Shown here one piece after another: positions 12,311-24,391 of a stretch of DNA of 64,000 nt. The DNA is taken from NCBI GenBank assembly GCA_002633005.1, contig NMRA01000124.1, positions 324,724 to 388,723 of the forward strand, given 5' to 3'. A model generated the notes under the pieces. The model worked only from the letters and a program-made list of their open reading frames with translations. It did no database searches and had not been told where the DNA came from. The translations under genes were made by a program, and so were the position numbers. Origin of the DNA: Phoronis australis. Its lineage: Eukaryota > Animalia > Phoronida. The number at the start of each line of letters is the position of its first letter. The first letter of the stretch is position 1.

Positions 12311-14478
12311 ACAATAACACAAATAACCATCCTCTTTTCAACTTATTCAAAATAAAAATAATAACCATTCCCATATTCGGTTTTTGAGACACAAGATAGG
12401 GTACAAAGGAGAAAATTGGGGACCATGAGGCCAACAACTGCAAACATTCTTTACAATGAACAAAAAATTCACCTACACATAGTGTACCTAATTATCGGAC
12501 GGACCCTAAATATCGGACATTACATAAAATCTTAACATAAAATCTTACTTGAAGCATAATCTGAGAAATATACGACACAAATTTTTGTTCCGCTGTAATG
12601 CATTCAATATCCGGCACTGTCTCGTTTTTTTTTCTAGCGTTGCCTCGTTTTGATTTTACCGACAGAGGGTGCAATTTAGACGCCCAAGTCAGCCTAAAAT
12701 GGACGATCGCATAAATCGGTTATGAAAGTTGAAAACAAAATCTTTTTCCACAATGAAAGCATCTAATTGAACTAACAATATGTCACAATTTCATTTTTTC
12801 ATTTGTTTTTAAACTCAAGTCAAACCATGGCCACGCACATGTGTGTGTCATATCAAGAAGGGAGATACTAAAAACTGATCAAGGAGTTTGCACGCGCTTT
12901 AGTCGCCTGCACTGGTTCATCGAAACGACTTGGTGCTGTCATCAGACTTCATGTCATGGATAATTTTGTTGCGAATGGAGCTGTGTTGTAGCAGCATAAG
13001 ACAAAACACTAGAGCTGAAATTTGGCTTCAAGGTGCCCGCGGTCATTACTTGGTTAGTCAGTTTTCCGCAGTGTGGCGTATAGTGAAACACGGTAGGGAG
13101 GACAATCAAAAAGTAGGTCACGGTGCTCCATATCTGCCTCCGTGTAAAACCCACGTCGGTAAATTACCCGATTTCCGACTTCAAAGTTAACTATAAGACA
13201 ATTTTGTGTTATAAATCATTACCTTAGTCATTATTTGTAAGTTTGTAATCTTTTTGTCTCAAATTATCGCTGATAAATCATTTTTTGTAAGCATTTTTTA
13301 GCGGACGATTTTCCGCCATGCGATCAACTTTCGAAAAAGTACCTCTTGTTCCTCCTATCCAAAAGAGCACTATACTCTCAAATACAAACATGAAATTTGG
13401 ACAGGATGTAGTTTAGATGCGTGCGCATCTCCTGAAGTTGTTTTCTCGAAGTCAAAGCCAAGTTTTCATGGCGAATTTTCGATCGTCCGGAAGGCCTAAT
13501 TTTGGTCGGTCGGGAGATTGATGTTTTTCCAGTTGCGCAATATGCCCCCCCGATTTTTAGATGAGGAATTTATCACTCTTTTAATTGGTAATTATTTCAT
13601 TTTCAGAAATTCTGTCAAACTGCTGCGCATTGGCACTTTTCAAACAGCAGTCGTTAGTTCACTAAGTCGCCGCATGTCAGCGCCACCATCGGCTACGTTG
13701 AAGTTCNACAATAACACAAATAACCATCCTCTTTTCAACTTATTCAAAATAAAAATAATTACCATTCCCATATTAGGTTTTTGAGACACAAGATAGGGTA
13801 CAAAGGAGAAAATTGGGGACCATGAAGCCAACAACTGCAAACATTCTTTACAATGAACAATGAATTCACCTACACATAGTGTACCTAATTATCGGACAGA
13901 CCCTAAATATCGGACATTACATAAAATCTTACTTGAAGCATAATCTGAGAAATATACGACACAAATTTTTGTTCCGCTGTAATGCATTCAATATCCGGCA
14001 CTATCTCGTTTTTTTTTCTAGCGTTGCCTCATTTTGATTTTACCGACAGAGGGTGCAATTTAGACGCCCAAGTCAGCCTAAAATGGACGATGGCATAAAT
14101 CGGTTATATAAGTTGAAAACAAAATCTTTTTCCACAATGAAAGCATCTAATTGAACTAACAATAAGTCAAAATTTCATTTTTTCATTTGTTTTTAAACTC
14201 AAGTCAAACCATGGCCGCGCACATGTGTGTGTCATATCAAGAAGGGAGATACTAAAAACTGATCAATGAGTTTGCACGCGCTTTAGTCGCCTGCACTGGT
14301 TCATCGAAACGACTTGGTGCTGCCATCAGACTTCATGTCATGGATAATTTTGTTGCGAATGGAGCTGTGTCGTAGCAGCATAAGTCAAAACACTAGAGCT
14401 GAAATTTGGCTTCAAGGTGCCCGCAGTCATTACTTGGTTAGTCAGTTTTCCGCAGTGTGGCGTATAGTGAAACACGGT
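12311..14478. repeat. Near-identical duplication 12311-13094 / 13708-14478 across a single-N join
   Basis: Direct comparison; scattered SNPs and one 13-bp indel; N at 13707. Confidence 0.9.
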
Positions 14479-14693
14479 GTTCGATATTTAGGTTCTACCA
14501 AGATTTGCCAGTTGACTTTTTAACTACCAGTCGGAACATAAATGTGCTTTTCGGTGACAAGATATAGTAACACAACAATTCTAGAAAGGTAAGCCTTTAT
14601 TTCAGCAAATAATTTACAACAATCCGTAGTATTTTCAATTAAATTTAATGCAAAATGTGCAAAAACGTCCGATACTTAGGTCACTTGACTGTA
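13871..14693. mobile_element. Tc1/mariner-type MITE
   Basis: tacacatagtgtacctaattatcggac versus gtccgatacttaggtcacttgactgta, flanked by TA. Confidence 0.6.
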
Positions 14694-14821
14694 ATTGCCT
14701 TGAAGGATATTTAACTTCAAGTTCACGCATACGTGACAGTGAGATTAAGTAGGAGGTATACCAAGTAGGATTCCCAGTTCAAGCACAGCATGACAACAAA
14801 AAAAATGAAAATTGTACCTAC

Positions 14822-14897
14822 CCTTCCGTCGATTTTACACACTCTTTTCCCATGACCAGGGTATATTTTGTAGCCGCTGAAGGCACACAGCTCAACC
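14822..14897 (-). CDS. RPL24: RPL24 exon 2
   Basis: Encodes [25 protein letters not shown]; ttctag acceptor, gtaggt donor. Confidence 0.95.
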
Positions 14898-15032
14898 CTA
14901 GAACGAAATAATTATAAAATATGACGCTACAAATTACACACATGAGTATTTCAGGAAATTTATTTTTATTATGAAAGATTTATTTACGATGATGACAGAT
15001 TTTTAACCAAGCTCCGAATATTTTTCACTCAC

Positions 15033-15037
15033 TTCAT
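15033..15037 (-). CDS. RPL24: RPL24 coding exon 1 (ATG AA)
   Basis: ccgccatcATGAA|gtgagt, preceded by a pyrimidine tract; phase joins exon 2 to give MKVELC. Confidence 0.9.
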
Positions 15038-15343
15038 GATGGCGGATAGGTAAAAGGAGGATTGTGGGTAATTGTAGCTTCCTTCACAAAACTGTGTTAT
15101 TGCATATTATTGGTTCCTCTGAGATCGAAATATAAATCTTGCATTTGCTGTTTTAGGCGAAATATTTCTCCTATAGAATACATGAACTGAAACATTTTTC
15201 TTCAAAGTTTCGTCTTGCGAACAGAATAAGAAACAATGCAAGCCAAATATAGACGTTAACGAAACAACAACAAATGAAATGTTTTGTTTACGTTTTGGTT
15301 ACCCAATCAAAACAGACGAGACAAGTCCGCGGGAAGACTCAAA
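15038..15343. promoter_or_regulatory. Bidirectional promoter between RPL24 and CEP97
   Basis: Start codons are 306 bp apart and divergent; TCT/5'TOP-like tract cctccttttacc (minus, 15049-15060); ZNF143/Staf-like site gctacaattacccacaatcc (minus, 15059-15078); YY1-like ATGGCGG at both start regions. Confidence 0.75.
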
Positions 15344-15356
15344 ATGGCGGACCCAG
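15344..15356 (+). CDS. CEP97: CEP97 exon 1 (MADP-)
   Basis: aaaATGGCGGACCCAG|gtaaat; phase 1 joins exon 2. Confidence 0.8.
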
Positions 15357-17951
15357 GTAAATATTGGTCTGTAGAATTATCACGAATTTTTGTGACATTA
15401 GCAGATGCTGTTAAGCAATAAATGGTCCACGAAAGTCTGCCGTAAGGGACAGGGTTGGTGATCCTCCTGGGTAATTTGTAAACCGATGGTTATTGTCAGG
15501 GCGGCATCTGGCAATAACTTTACGTGAACATACACACATACACAACACAGACCATTGATTGAGGTTATTAAAATGAACCTTCTGCTTAAGTGAAATTTGT
15601 TTTTTCTTATAGCTCATTCCAAGCCTTAACCTAGAATTTAATTGCAAAACCTGCGTATCTTGTGTTTAATCTTGACATTATGTGCTAGTTTTTGTTAAAG
15701 CACAACGGACACTCGGTTTTGGCGGACATTTCCGATGTCCGACCACACGTTTAGTCGTGGTAAATCACCATGGTAAATGCCAGATTTCGCTGTAGGCCAG
15801 CGTTATAAGCCAGCAACCTGTGGTACCACAGTTATAAACAACATTGTTTTGCATAACCAGAGCTCAATTACATTAAAACTGAAACTAAATTATGTGGAGG
15901 GCACTCAAATAACATTCGTCGACGCGCAGAAACAGAGCTCCGGAATTGCGTCGGGAGCGTCCGCCAATAGCCCGGATGCTTGAAGGTCATCTGCCATGAA
16001 GTTTTACGTCATGGAATAAGGTCGTTGAATTAGTGATTTTGGCATTTTTTGACAGTTTTGTCATCAAATCACCACTCGAAGGAAATTTGAAGAGATCAAA
16101 TGAAAGAAGGTATTCAAAGATTTGTTCGATACTAATTTCGTGGAGTTCCGTGCACATTTGAGTAGAAAATTTTGAGCAAACAGATTTTGAGTGTCCAACC
16201 TTTTTTTTAGTGAGTGATGTCAGTCGTGATCGAGGAACAGATAAATTCAAGCGCCTGTGTCACAAACCACTGCTGTTTAGAAGTGCTGGCTTTACTTGCA
16301 GTAATTGCAAGCGACGGTTGTCAAAGAAATTTGATGAAATGCGGAATGTGCTATCTTCACAATAATTCAAAAACACACCTGGATTATACAATGATCATCC
16401 TCTGGCTCTGTTTTTAATGTTTACTGCACAAGAATTAGCTACCCAAAATTAAAAAATGTTGATAAAAAAGACCACCTCCTTCGACGTCTGTTTCCGCTTC
16501 CACAAGATTAAGATCTCTAAGTTCGCTCTCGTTTCTAAATCAACCAATGCCATTCAAGTACAAACTAGGTCATTAGGTAAACTGTTGACATGTTTTGGCA
16601 AATCGCAACATCAACTTGCGGTAGTATACTTATACTCAGCGATAAGATGGCGTCGAGAGCAATTAAGACATGTGTATGAAAAATGTTGACACTTTTACAT
16701 ATTCAGTTGTCTTCTTTTTTGAAATGACTTTCTGTTTTCGTTATCAACTGATACTGTATTTAATTGCTTCATTCAGGCCTTGCAACCACATATATGATTA
16801 TAATTTGCAATATTTGGACAAAATGTATGCCACAGTTTAACAACCTTGTGGAGCGTGTCTGTAAATACTTATTTACATAAAGATTACATGTCTAACACTT
16901 GTCGATCCACAAGTGATTGCCTACCCATAAAAACTTACTCATCCAGGGAATAACATGGAATGAAACTTGCATTTTTTAACTTTGAAGTATAATTAAAACA
17001 TACCGTGACTCTAGAGACAATTAAGTTAACATATTTAGAACTTATCCATGAAAATCTGTTGCAGTTCAATCGAGCTTCCCTTAACGGGTGCCATTTTACA
17101 AAAGGTATGCGAAATCATGCCTGTTGACTAACAAAAAAACTCCAAGGGACACAAATCTTTCAGATTTCACTGGATATCTTCCCATGCGCCAGCGTCACGC
17201 GCCAGCGTCACGCGCTTCCCACAGTCTCAATTTAGTCACTTGACTACTAGTATGTCTGGCAGAAACTTTAACAAAACAGCTCCGACTACAACCTTCAAAG
17301 CTGGTGCAAAGTTTAACCAACAACAACACTTGATGACTGTGAGATAATTTATTTACGCCTTCCAATATTTAGTCAATCTCAACTTAAACGGCTCTGATGC
17401 TGGAGACTGACTAACTGTCAATAAACTCTTTTTTACTTAGTTCGACTTGTTACTGTAACTCCTATAGTTTATTCACACAGGCTATTACCAGTGCAGTTTA
17501 CTTACTTAGCCACATGTTAAAATTGTCTGTTGACAGACAAGTTTTTATATGCACATGACAAGGTCACAACTTTTTGGTCATGTGACCTTAAATTTGCATA
17601 TTTAGGACAAAAACTGGGATACGGTCATGGTAGTTTGTCAATTATTTACGTTGAGTTTATTATTCACAGGTAAAGTTCCATTTCTAGTCATTGTTTAATG
17701 TATTCTTTATTTTCTCAAACAAAATGTAAATTCTGTTTGGTTGAGCAGCTCCATTACACGATCACTTTCTGTATGCGACTGCCTATGCCATCCGCAGATG
17801 ATGAATTTGCCTAGCAAGTCTGTAGTGCCTAGCGATAGCCTTGTGATGGTGTTGCACAATCAAGTCATGTTGATAAGTGTGTGAGCCGTGTTGATAAGTG
17901 TGTGTACTAAGTTGTTCGGACACCCTGACTGAATGTGGGTAAATCATACAA

Positions 17952-18178
17952 CAGAGGCGGATCTATGGGATGGGGGGCGGGGTTCAGGGGTTTTAAACCC
18001 TCCTCCCCGCTGGGACAGGATGAAAAATAAAAGTTAAAATAAACATTGCCAGAAAATGAAATCAGCTACAAAAAACAAACTAATCTTACACAGGAGGGAG
18101 GAAACTCCCCCCCTCGGCGCTATCCGCCTCGTATTTGCTCCTAAACCCTCCCTAACTGAAAACGTAGATCTGCCACAG
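17952..18178. mobile_element. MITE with CAGWGGCGGATCT-type ends
   Basis: cagaggcggatcta / tagatctgccacag; relatives at 50003-50160 and starting at 63844. Confidence 0.6.
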
Positions 18179-18235
18179 AATGTACAGCCCTAAATGAGAG
18201 ACAGCTTGACATGTATGTACGCATCATTTTTGCAG

Positions 18236-18381
18236 GCTCTGGGGAAAGTGTGCTGGATTACAGTAATAAGGATATAAAGAAGATTGAAGTCATCTCCGGA
18301 GCATGGCCCACCACGTTGATTTACGACAACAATTCAATATCAAAAATAGAAAACTTAGAAGGTTACAGAAAACTGCAACAG
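18236..18381 (+). CDS. CEP97: CEP97 exon 2, LRR region
   Basis: SGKVLDYSNKDIKKIE...TLIYDNNSISKIENLEGYRKLQQ; canonical AG/GT. Confidence 0.9.
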
Positions 18382-19746
18382 GTAACATAATCTACTCAAC
18401 TGTCTAATTTTTCTACTTTATTTCCAGGAAATTGAGAGCATGAACATAATTCACGCTTGCATTTTGCTCAATAAAAAATTCCTGACAATTTTGACATTTT
18501 ATGTTTGGATTTGTCTTCCGGTGATAGAACACACTGTTATGAAAATTTGCCAGTCAGAAAAGTAAAGTCACAAAATTTTATTACTGTCAGATTTAAATCT
18601 GTGCGGGTTCCCGGTTTCAATACCAACGCTTAAATTATTAAGTTATAATAAGAAAACTGTTTAGGGGGTCTTTTAGTGAATCACAAAAGATTTGTTGAAC
18701 ATGAGTGAAGTGCGTAGAAAATGTCAGCCGGGTACATTGTGATCACTGTAAATGTTCTTAACAATCCTCTTAATTGGACGTTTTCTGTTTACTCAACACC
18801 AAAACTTAGGCAGGTTTACTCAAAAACACACAATGATGACGTTTCAAATGTATCCTCACCATAACAGTTGCATTTCCATCTGTAAACATGTCATCCAGGA
18901 AGTACAAAGAGTTTCAAAAAGCTAATCTGATTTGACGGGGAACTGACAACCCGGCAAAATTTGGGCTTCTGCAAGTCATGTGGGGGGATGCTTCAGTTCT
19001 GTTTAATGTTAGAAATCAAATTGCTATTAAGGCTAGGGAAACTTTAACACAAGTTTGTCATAGCTAATTTTGTGATTTTTCTTTTCATTCGTAAGTGGAA
19101 ATGATATGCACTTTTACCGTTCATAACAAAAGCCATCTTTCAGGATCAATGAATGGTTTAACACATCGATTTTGTGACTTTTATTTCCTGACTGATGTTT
19201 TTTTCTGAATAGCGTGTCCTGTAAGTTTGACAAAAATTGTTCTTTGTCTCAAATTGGCCACAAATTTCCTATGTAGCCCATACTTCAATAAGTATGAAAT
19301 ACGTCGATTTTTTCAGTTTCTTGGAGATTAATTACAAGAAACAAATGGTTTGAAAAATTTTTGAACCAGTAAGTTGGGTTTATTGGTTCCTGAATGGTTT
19401 AGAATAATTTAGTAGAACAAATTTGTCTTATTAATAATTACTCTTATAAGAATTAAGAGTGTAAGTAATTTTGATTGAGTCACAGAGTTTGGAGATATGT
19501 TCTGTCTTAGAAACACGAGATTAAAAGTGTCGTCGATGCCTCTGACATGTAAGAACGTGAACTACTGTGTCATGTAAATATGATACATGAACCTCTGTGT
19601 TAGTTGAATGTAAATAATTTACATACACTGTGGTTTCTAACCCTGTTTCTATGACATGAATTAGACGGGAACATTCAACTCCCAAATGGATAATCTTTAT
19701 GCCTGAATAAACAAGGTTCTTTAACTGATTTTATTCTTGATTTCAG

Positions 19747-19849
19747 CTGTCTGTTGCCAACAACCGACTGGTCCACATGACAGGCGTCATGAAACTGCAC
19801 AACCTGACTGTGTTAAATCTGCCAAACAACAGCATCGTCAGTATTGAAG
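19747..19849 (+). CDS. CEP97: CEP97 exon 3, LRR
   Basis: [34 protein letters not shown], matching CEP97 LSVANNRLV. Confidence 0.95.
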
Positions 19850-20219
19850 GTATTGGGCTGCAGATAGACATTTAGACTGACGTGCACTGACCTGTTGGTC
19901 TGGTGTTAAAGACAGTTTTATCCCCACATTAGATTCCTGGCTTTTTTGATGTTTAGTCATACACAGCTAGTTGGGTAGCAACCTGAATGTATGCAGTTTT
20001 CAGGCAGAACTGTTGTTTCATGACTGCTATCTAGTGAATTCGAGGCTCTCCACATTGCATTCTATAGATTGAATGTGACAACATGTTTCAACACATCAGC
20101 AGAAAAGTTTTTTCAAATCAAGTTCACTGCAGACTAGCGCTGAAGGTACGAAATTGCTTGAAATGTTATGAAAGTTAATTGTGAGCAAATATTGTACGAG
20201 TCAAAAGTAATCGAACAAA

Positions 20220-20380
20220 ATATCATTTTTCTGTCATGACGGCTAATTTTGTCAACAACAAAAATTACTGGTAGTAACTATTACGGTGCCAAAATGCTAA
20301 TTACAGAATGACTTAACCACCTTGCTTGTTATGTCCCCTTCATTCTCAGTCACGAGGGAAGACTCCTTTGACATTGAATT
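20220..20380. repeat. Dispersed repeat family member
   Basis: Shared core ttattaccagtaatttttgttg...atgacag also at about 2360-2520, 21040-21200 and 52820-53010. Confidence 0.55.
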
Positions 20381-20639
20381 GACCTGTGGCCAGGACTTTG
20401 AGTGACGACTTAAGTGACCAATCAGAACGCAGCATTCTTGACACCTTCGTTTCTAAGCCGCCATTTTACCTGACAAACAACACGTTGCTGGGTAAAATTT
20501 ATTGTTTGTTTATCGACATTTTGCAAGGAGGCGGAGCTTGCGATAAATTAATTGGGATATCGCTCAGTTGCCATGACGGGGCATTTTGGGTCATTTTGTC
20601 TGAATGCTTTTGGCTTGTACTGTCACATCTTATTTTTAG

Positions 20640-20695
20640 GTTTGCGTGAACTCACCAGACTCACCTGGTTAAATTTGTCAGGGAACAGCATAAAG
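20640..20695 (+). CDS. CEP97: CEP97 exon 4, LRR
   Basis: GLRELTRLTWLNLSGNSIK; tttttag acceptor, gtaagt donor. Confidence 0.93.
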
Positions 20696-21642
20696 GTAAG
20701 TTAGTGTCTGTTCATTTGCATTGTTGTACAAAATTCAGTTTTATCATCCCTAGACTATGGAGCTACCAATATCACAGTCACAAAAAATTCAGTCTTTGCT
20801 TGATTTGTTTTTTTTTTTTTGATTTGGCATATAAACTTTTTTGGAGGCACTGATTTTCAAAAGATTATTTGCCATCTTGATGATTTCAAAAAAGTTGTTT
20901 GTTGAAGTCTCTAAAAAGAGTTTGAAGTTTCAACGATGAGGATTGTTCACTGTATGATCAAATTAACACTTAGAGTTTAGAAGGTTTGCCGCCTACAGTA
21001 CAGGATCAGACAAAATGCCATTTGCTCATCAGGAAGGCTAAGTGTGTTTACAGCAAAAATGACAGGTAATGGCTATCGTAGACTGAGGCAAAATTTTAAT
21101 TACAGAATGGCGGCGCTACCGTTGTAACTTTAGTTATTATCTCCCCTTTATTCTCGGTCGTGAGGGAAAGCTATTCTGACGGTGAGTTCAGCTTCCGTCC
21201 GGACGATTTATTTCAGGGAGGCAACTAATAAAATTTACAGGAAAGGTACAAATAGGTCATTGATTTTTAACAGCAATGTGCTCTTCACCAGCTGAATGGT
21301 CAATATTAAGAGTCTACAAAAATAATTAGCAATTTCACATGGGTCCTTATTTTGAAACACCCTGTAAGTTACTGGTGTAGCCCTACTTATATGTCGTAAG
21401 CAGGCATTCTGAATCGCACGGCAATTAGTGCAAAGTTGCCTTTATGTTGACCATTTTCATGTACAGACTGCCCCATTTGTTAGATATACTTGTGTGCTAT
21501 TGTTTGTCATTGCTAGTGACAAACCTTTTTATTAAAAGGTGATGTGACCTATTGACGAATAGGTTTGTTTGGAGCCACGACAAATAATAGCGTATGACCA
21601 GCGTAGAGGGCGCCACATGCAAATGAATGTTTTATTTTGCAG

Positions 21643-21744
21643 TCTGTTGACGGTCTACAGACCAACGTTTTGTTGAAGCACCTTGATATCTCCGACAACA
21701 GCATAGCAGAAATTGGCAGCATGCTTTTACTGAAGAGCCTCAAG
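21643..21744 (+). CDS. CEP97: CEP97 exon 5, LRR
   Basis: SVDGLQTNVLLKHLDISDNSIAEIGSMLLLKSLK. Confidence 0.93.
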
Positions 21745-22227
21745 GTACTGGAACCTAGTGCGGTCTGTTTACGTTTAGAAGCTGTGTGTAAAGAACACAT
21801 CAAAAATACTCTTTTTCGTCGTTGTCGTGTTCTTTATTTTGTCAAGTATCTTGTGAGATCTTGCCATGCTATGTTAGTGTAATCAAATGGCTCGCATGTG
21901 TCTTGTCTGTAAGCTGGCAACTTTAGTAGGAAACCCCCAGTCAGAACTCAGAAGTCATTTTGAAAATGAACTTTGAAACAAAGCCCTTATTATTTGGAAT
22001 TGTTTTATAAATTTTAATGAATAGCGCAAAGCTTTTTCTTTTGTTTTTAAGTCGACATTTGTTATTTAGCTTTACCCATTAATGAGGTTCATCAGAGAGT
22101 TTCTTCAGGTGTTGCCCTAATCCAGTCTAGTTTCCTAACATTCTCCAATGTATTACTGAGTTTTAATTTCAAGATGTGTCAGTATTAGTTTGTGTTACAA
22201 AATAATTATTTGTTGATGTTTTTGCAG

Positions 22228-22341
22228 GTGTTGTTGCTACACGGAAATATTATCACATCACTGGAAAAAGTGCCAAAAAATCTTCCCCGCATGCTCACAA
22301 TTTTGTCCTTGGCAGATAATGAAATCAATGATCTCAATCAG
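22228..22341 (+). CDS. CEP97: CEP97 exon 6, LRR
   Basis: [38 protein letters not shown]. Confidence 0.95.
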
Positions 22342-23114
22342 GTTAGTGTTTCATTCTCATAGTCCACTACTTACAGTGAGAGTTAATACATTCTACGATG
22401 ATTTTTTAACAAACGTTTCCATCTGCTATGTTCTCTGTGCTGTTGAAGTTCTTCAATAGTATGGAACGAGTTCTAGTTTGGTAACTTCATTAAAAATAGA
22501 ATTATCTTCCTCAATCAGCACCTCTGCTATCATTTTTCAATAAATTGCATTGTATGGCAGTTGTTGGTGGAGTCACAAATAACTTGGTGACCTGTAATTG
22601 GTTTATAATTTCGTGGTGAATTTTAACGTGATGATGGCATGTGCCCTGAGAATTTCTCGTGCAAAAAATTTTTTAATCTGTTTTTACCTGACACCTTTTC
22701 ACTTCTGTCAAGATGGCTGTTAAGCCGTTCACACACCAAAAGTATATTGCAGTGGATCTGGGCTTTTAATTCTGGTGTGCTCGAGTCACTAACATTGCTT
22801 TCTGTCATGTTGTTTAGACTTTTTTAAGTTATCTGTGATGTCACTGGATAAAACAAGCTAACAACTACAATGCCATGAATTGAGGGGGATTTGTAGTATA
22901 TGTAGTCCTCTAACTGTTATTTGACACAATGTAGTATTAAGTATTGTTCACCAGTTGTAAATGCTCACCCACATTCCTCTATACATAATCTAAATGGCTG
23001 TGGCGGTGCAACGTATTCTTGAGTTTAAGCGTTATTTTTTTACCAATGACTATGTTGTTAATTACCTTCCGGTTTAACCTGTACCATTCTGTGAAATCAA
23101 TATATTTTTCCCAG

Positions 23115-23197
23115 GTCTCCTGTCTGTCATGCTTAGTGGAGTTGGAACAGTTTTCCATAATGAACAACCCTTGTGTCATGATGACTGGAGCCACACC
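23115..23197 (+). CDS. CEP97: CEP97 exon 7 (followed by a U12 intron)
   Basis: VSCLSCLVELEQFSIMNNPCVMMTGAT; donor GTATCCTTT. Confidence 0.93.
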
Positions 23198-23932
23198 GTA
23201 TCCTTTCATAACTTTCTTAGGCGGCGTAGAATGACCAAGGCCTCAAACTAGGGAGGGCAGTGTAGCGTGTGGAGCCGGGTCTTTAATACTGTGTTTGTAA
23301 GCATGCTGTGAGCATTGCACTACGAGTGTGGGATACAGAGTAAATGTTATGATAGCCTTCATCGAAACTGTGTAGTACTAAGTTCTGATGAGTTCACCCT
23401 TTAGAAACTGCTTGGTTGCTGGCAAGTATTGCTGATCAGTCATTTGTACCCACGTGGTAATGCTTGTCCATGTACTCCTATGACTATGACACTCATAAAA
23501 AAACAAACAACTCATTGTTTATTACCTGTCTCATGAACCCAGCACGCATCTTGTCATGATGTTCTAGTGACGGAATGTTTCTTGGTAGAACAGGTCATCA
23601 CTGTGGCACCAACTAATTGGTCCATTTCTTTTACTTAAAGCGAGTTTTCATGAGAAGTGGTTGTTTGTTCCCAACATTTTTTTCAACAATATTAATTTAC
23701 AATGCATGAAGTGTGATTATTTATAAGTTATAAGTAATTAAGAAATCAAGTACCCATTATGAACTCTGCTGTGTCTCAAATGCAACAGAAGTATGACCAG
23801 ATCTCGCCTAGTTACCCATTTTTTTGGTCATGTAGGTGAGTGGACACACCTAGTGCTATAGACTAATGCTTGTCTCTAATGTGTCTTTAAAGTCCAAAAT
23901 GATGTTTTCATTTGACACCTTAACCGATGAAG
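23198..23932 (+). other. U12-type (minor spliceosome) GT-AG intron in CEP97
   Basis: 5' site GTATCCTTT; branch ACCTTAAC at 23917-23924 close to AG 23931-23932; no polypyrimidine tract; splicing restores ATPGFDYRPY. Confidence 0.92.
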
Positions 23933-24016
23933 TGGATTCGACTATCGCCCATACATCATAAACTGGTGCTTGACCTTGAGAGTCCTAGATGGATATTTGG
24001 TATCTCAAAAGGAGTG
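23933..24016 (+). CDS. CEP97: CEP97 exon 8 (LRR cap)
   Basis: GFDYRPYIINWCLTLRVLDGYLVSQKE. Confidence 0.95.
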
Positions 24017-24279
24017 GTAAGTAAATTAGGTGGTGTCGATGACTCGCTTGTTTACATGTTGTAATAGGATTGTGAGTGGATGACTCTGTCTGCTGTGCCT
24101 TATTCTACTGATAACGATGTGTTCCTCATAAAGATTTTCAAAAAATGACATTGTGAGTTCAACACGTATTTTGTTTACCTGTTAAAGTGCATCAACATTT
24201 GTTCAAATCCAAGTTCAAAAAACCAGAACCTGACCGTGCACCTTTGTCGTAATGAATTATGTCCCCTTCGTACTTGCAG

Positions 24280-24391
24280 TTTGAAGGCAGAATGGCTGTA
24301 CAGCCAGGGCAAAGGACGGCACTTCAAGCTTGGTCAGCATGTCCAACTGGTGCAATACTTGGCGCACGTCTGTCCCATGTCGACAGCCTCG
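24280..24391 (+). CDS. CEP97: CEP97 exon 9
   Basis: [37 protein letters not shown], a diagnostic CEP97 block. Confidence 0.97.

Noticed and set aside
7812-14821. Intronic snoRNAs in RPL24
   Set aside because: Expected in ribosomal protein genes, but I found no convincing C/D box pair with a terminal stem or H/ACA double hairpin on the minus strand; needs Infernal/snoscan
18833-18930. ATGATGA...CTGA C/D box candidate in CEP97 intron 2
   Set aside because: No terminal stem or recognisable rRNA guide, and it lies within a degenerate inverted-repeat element
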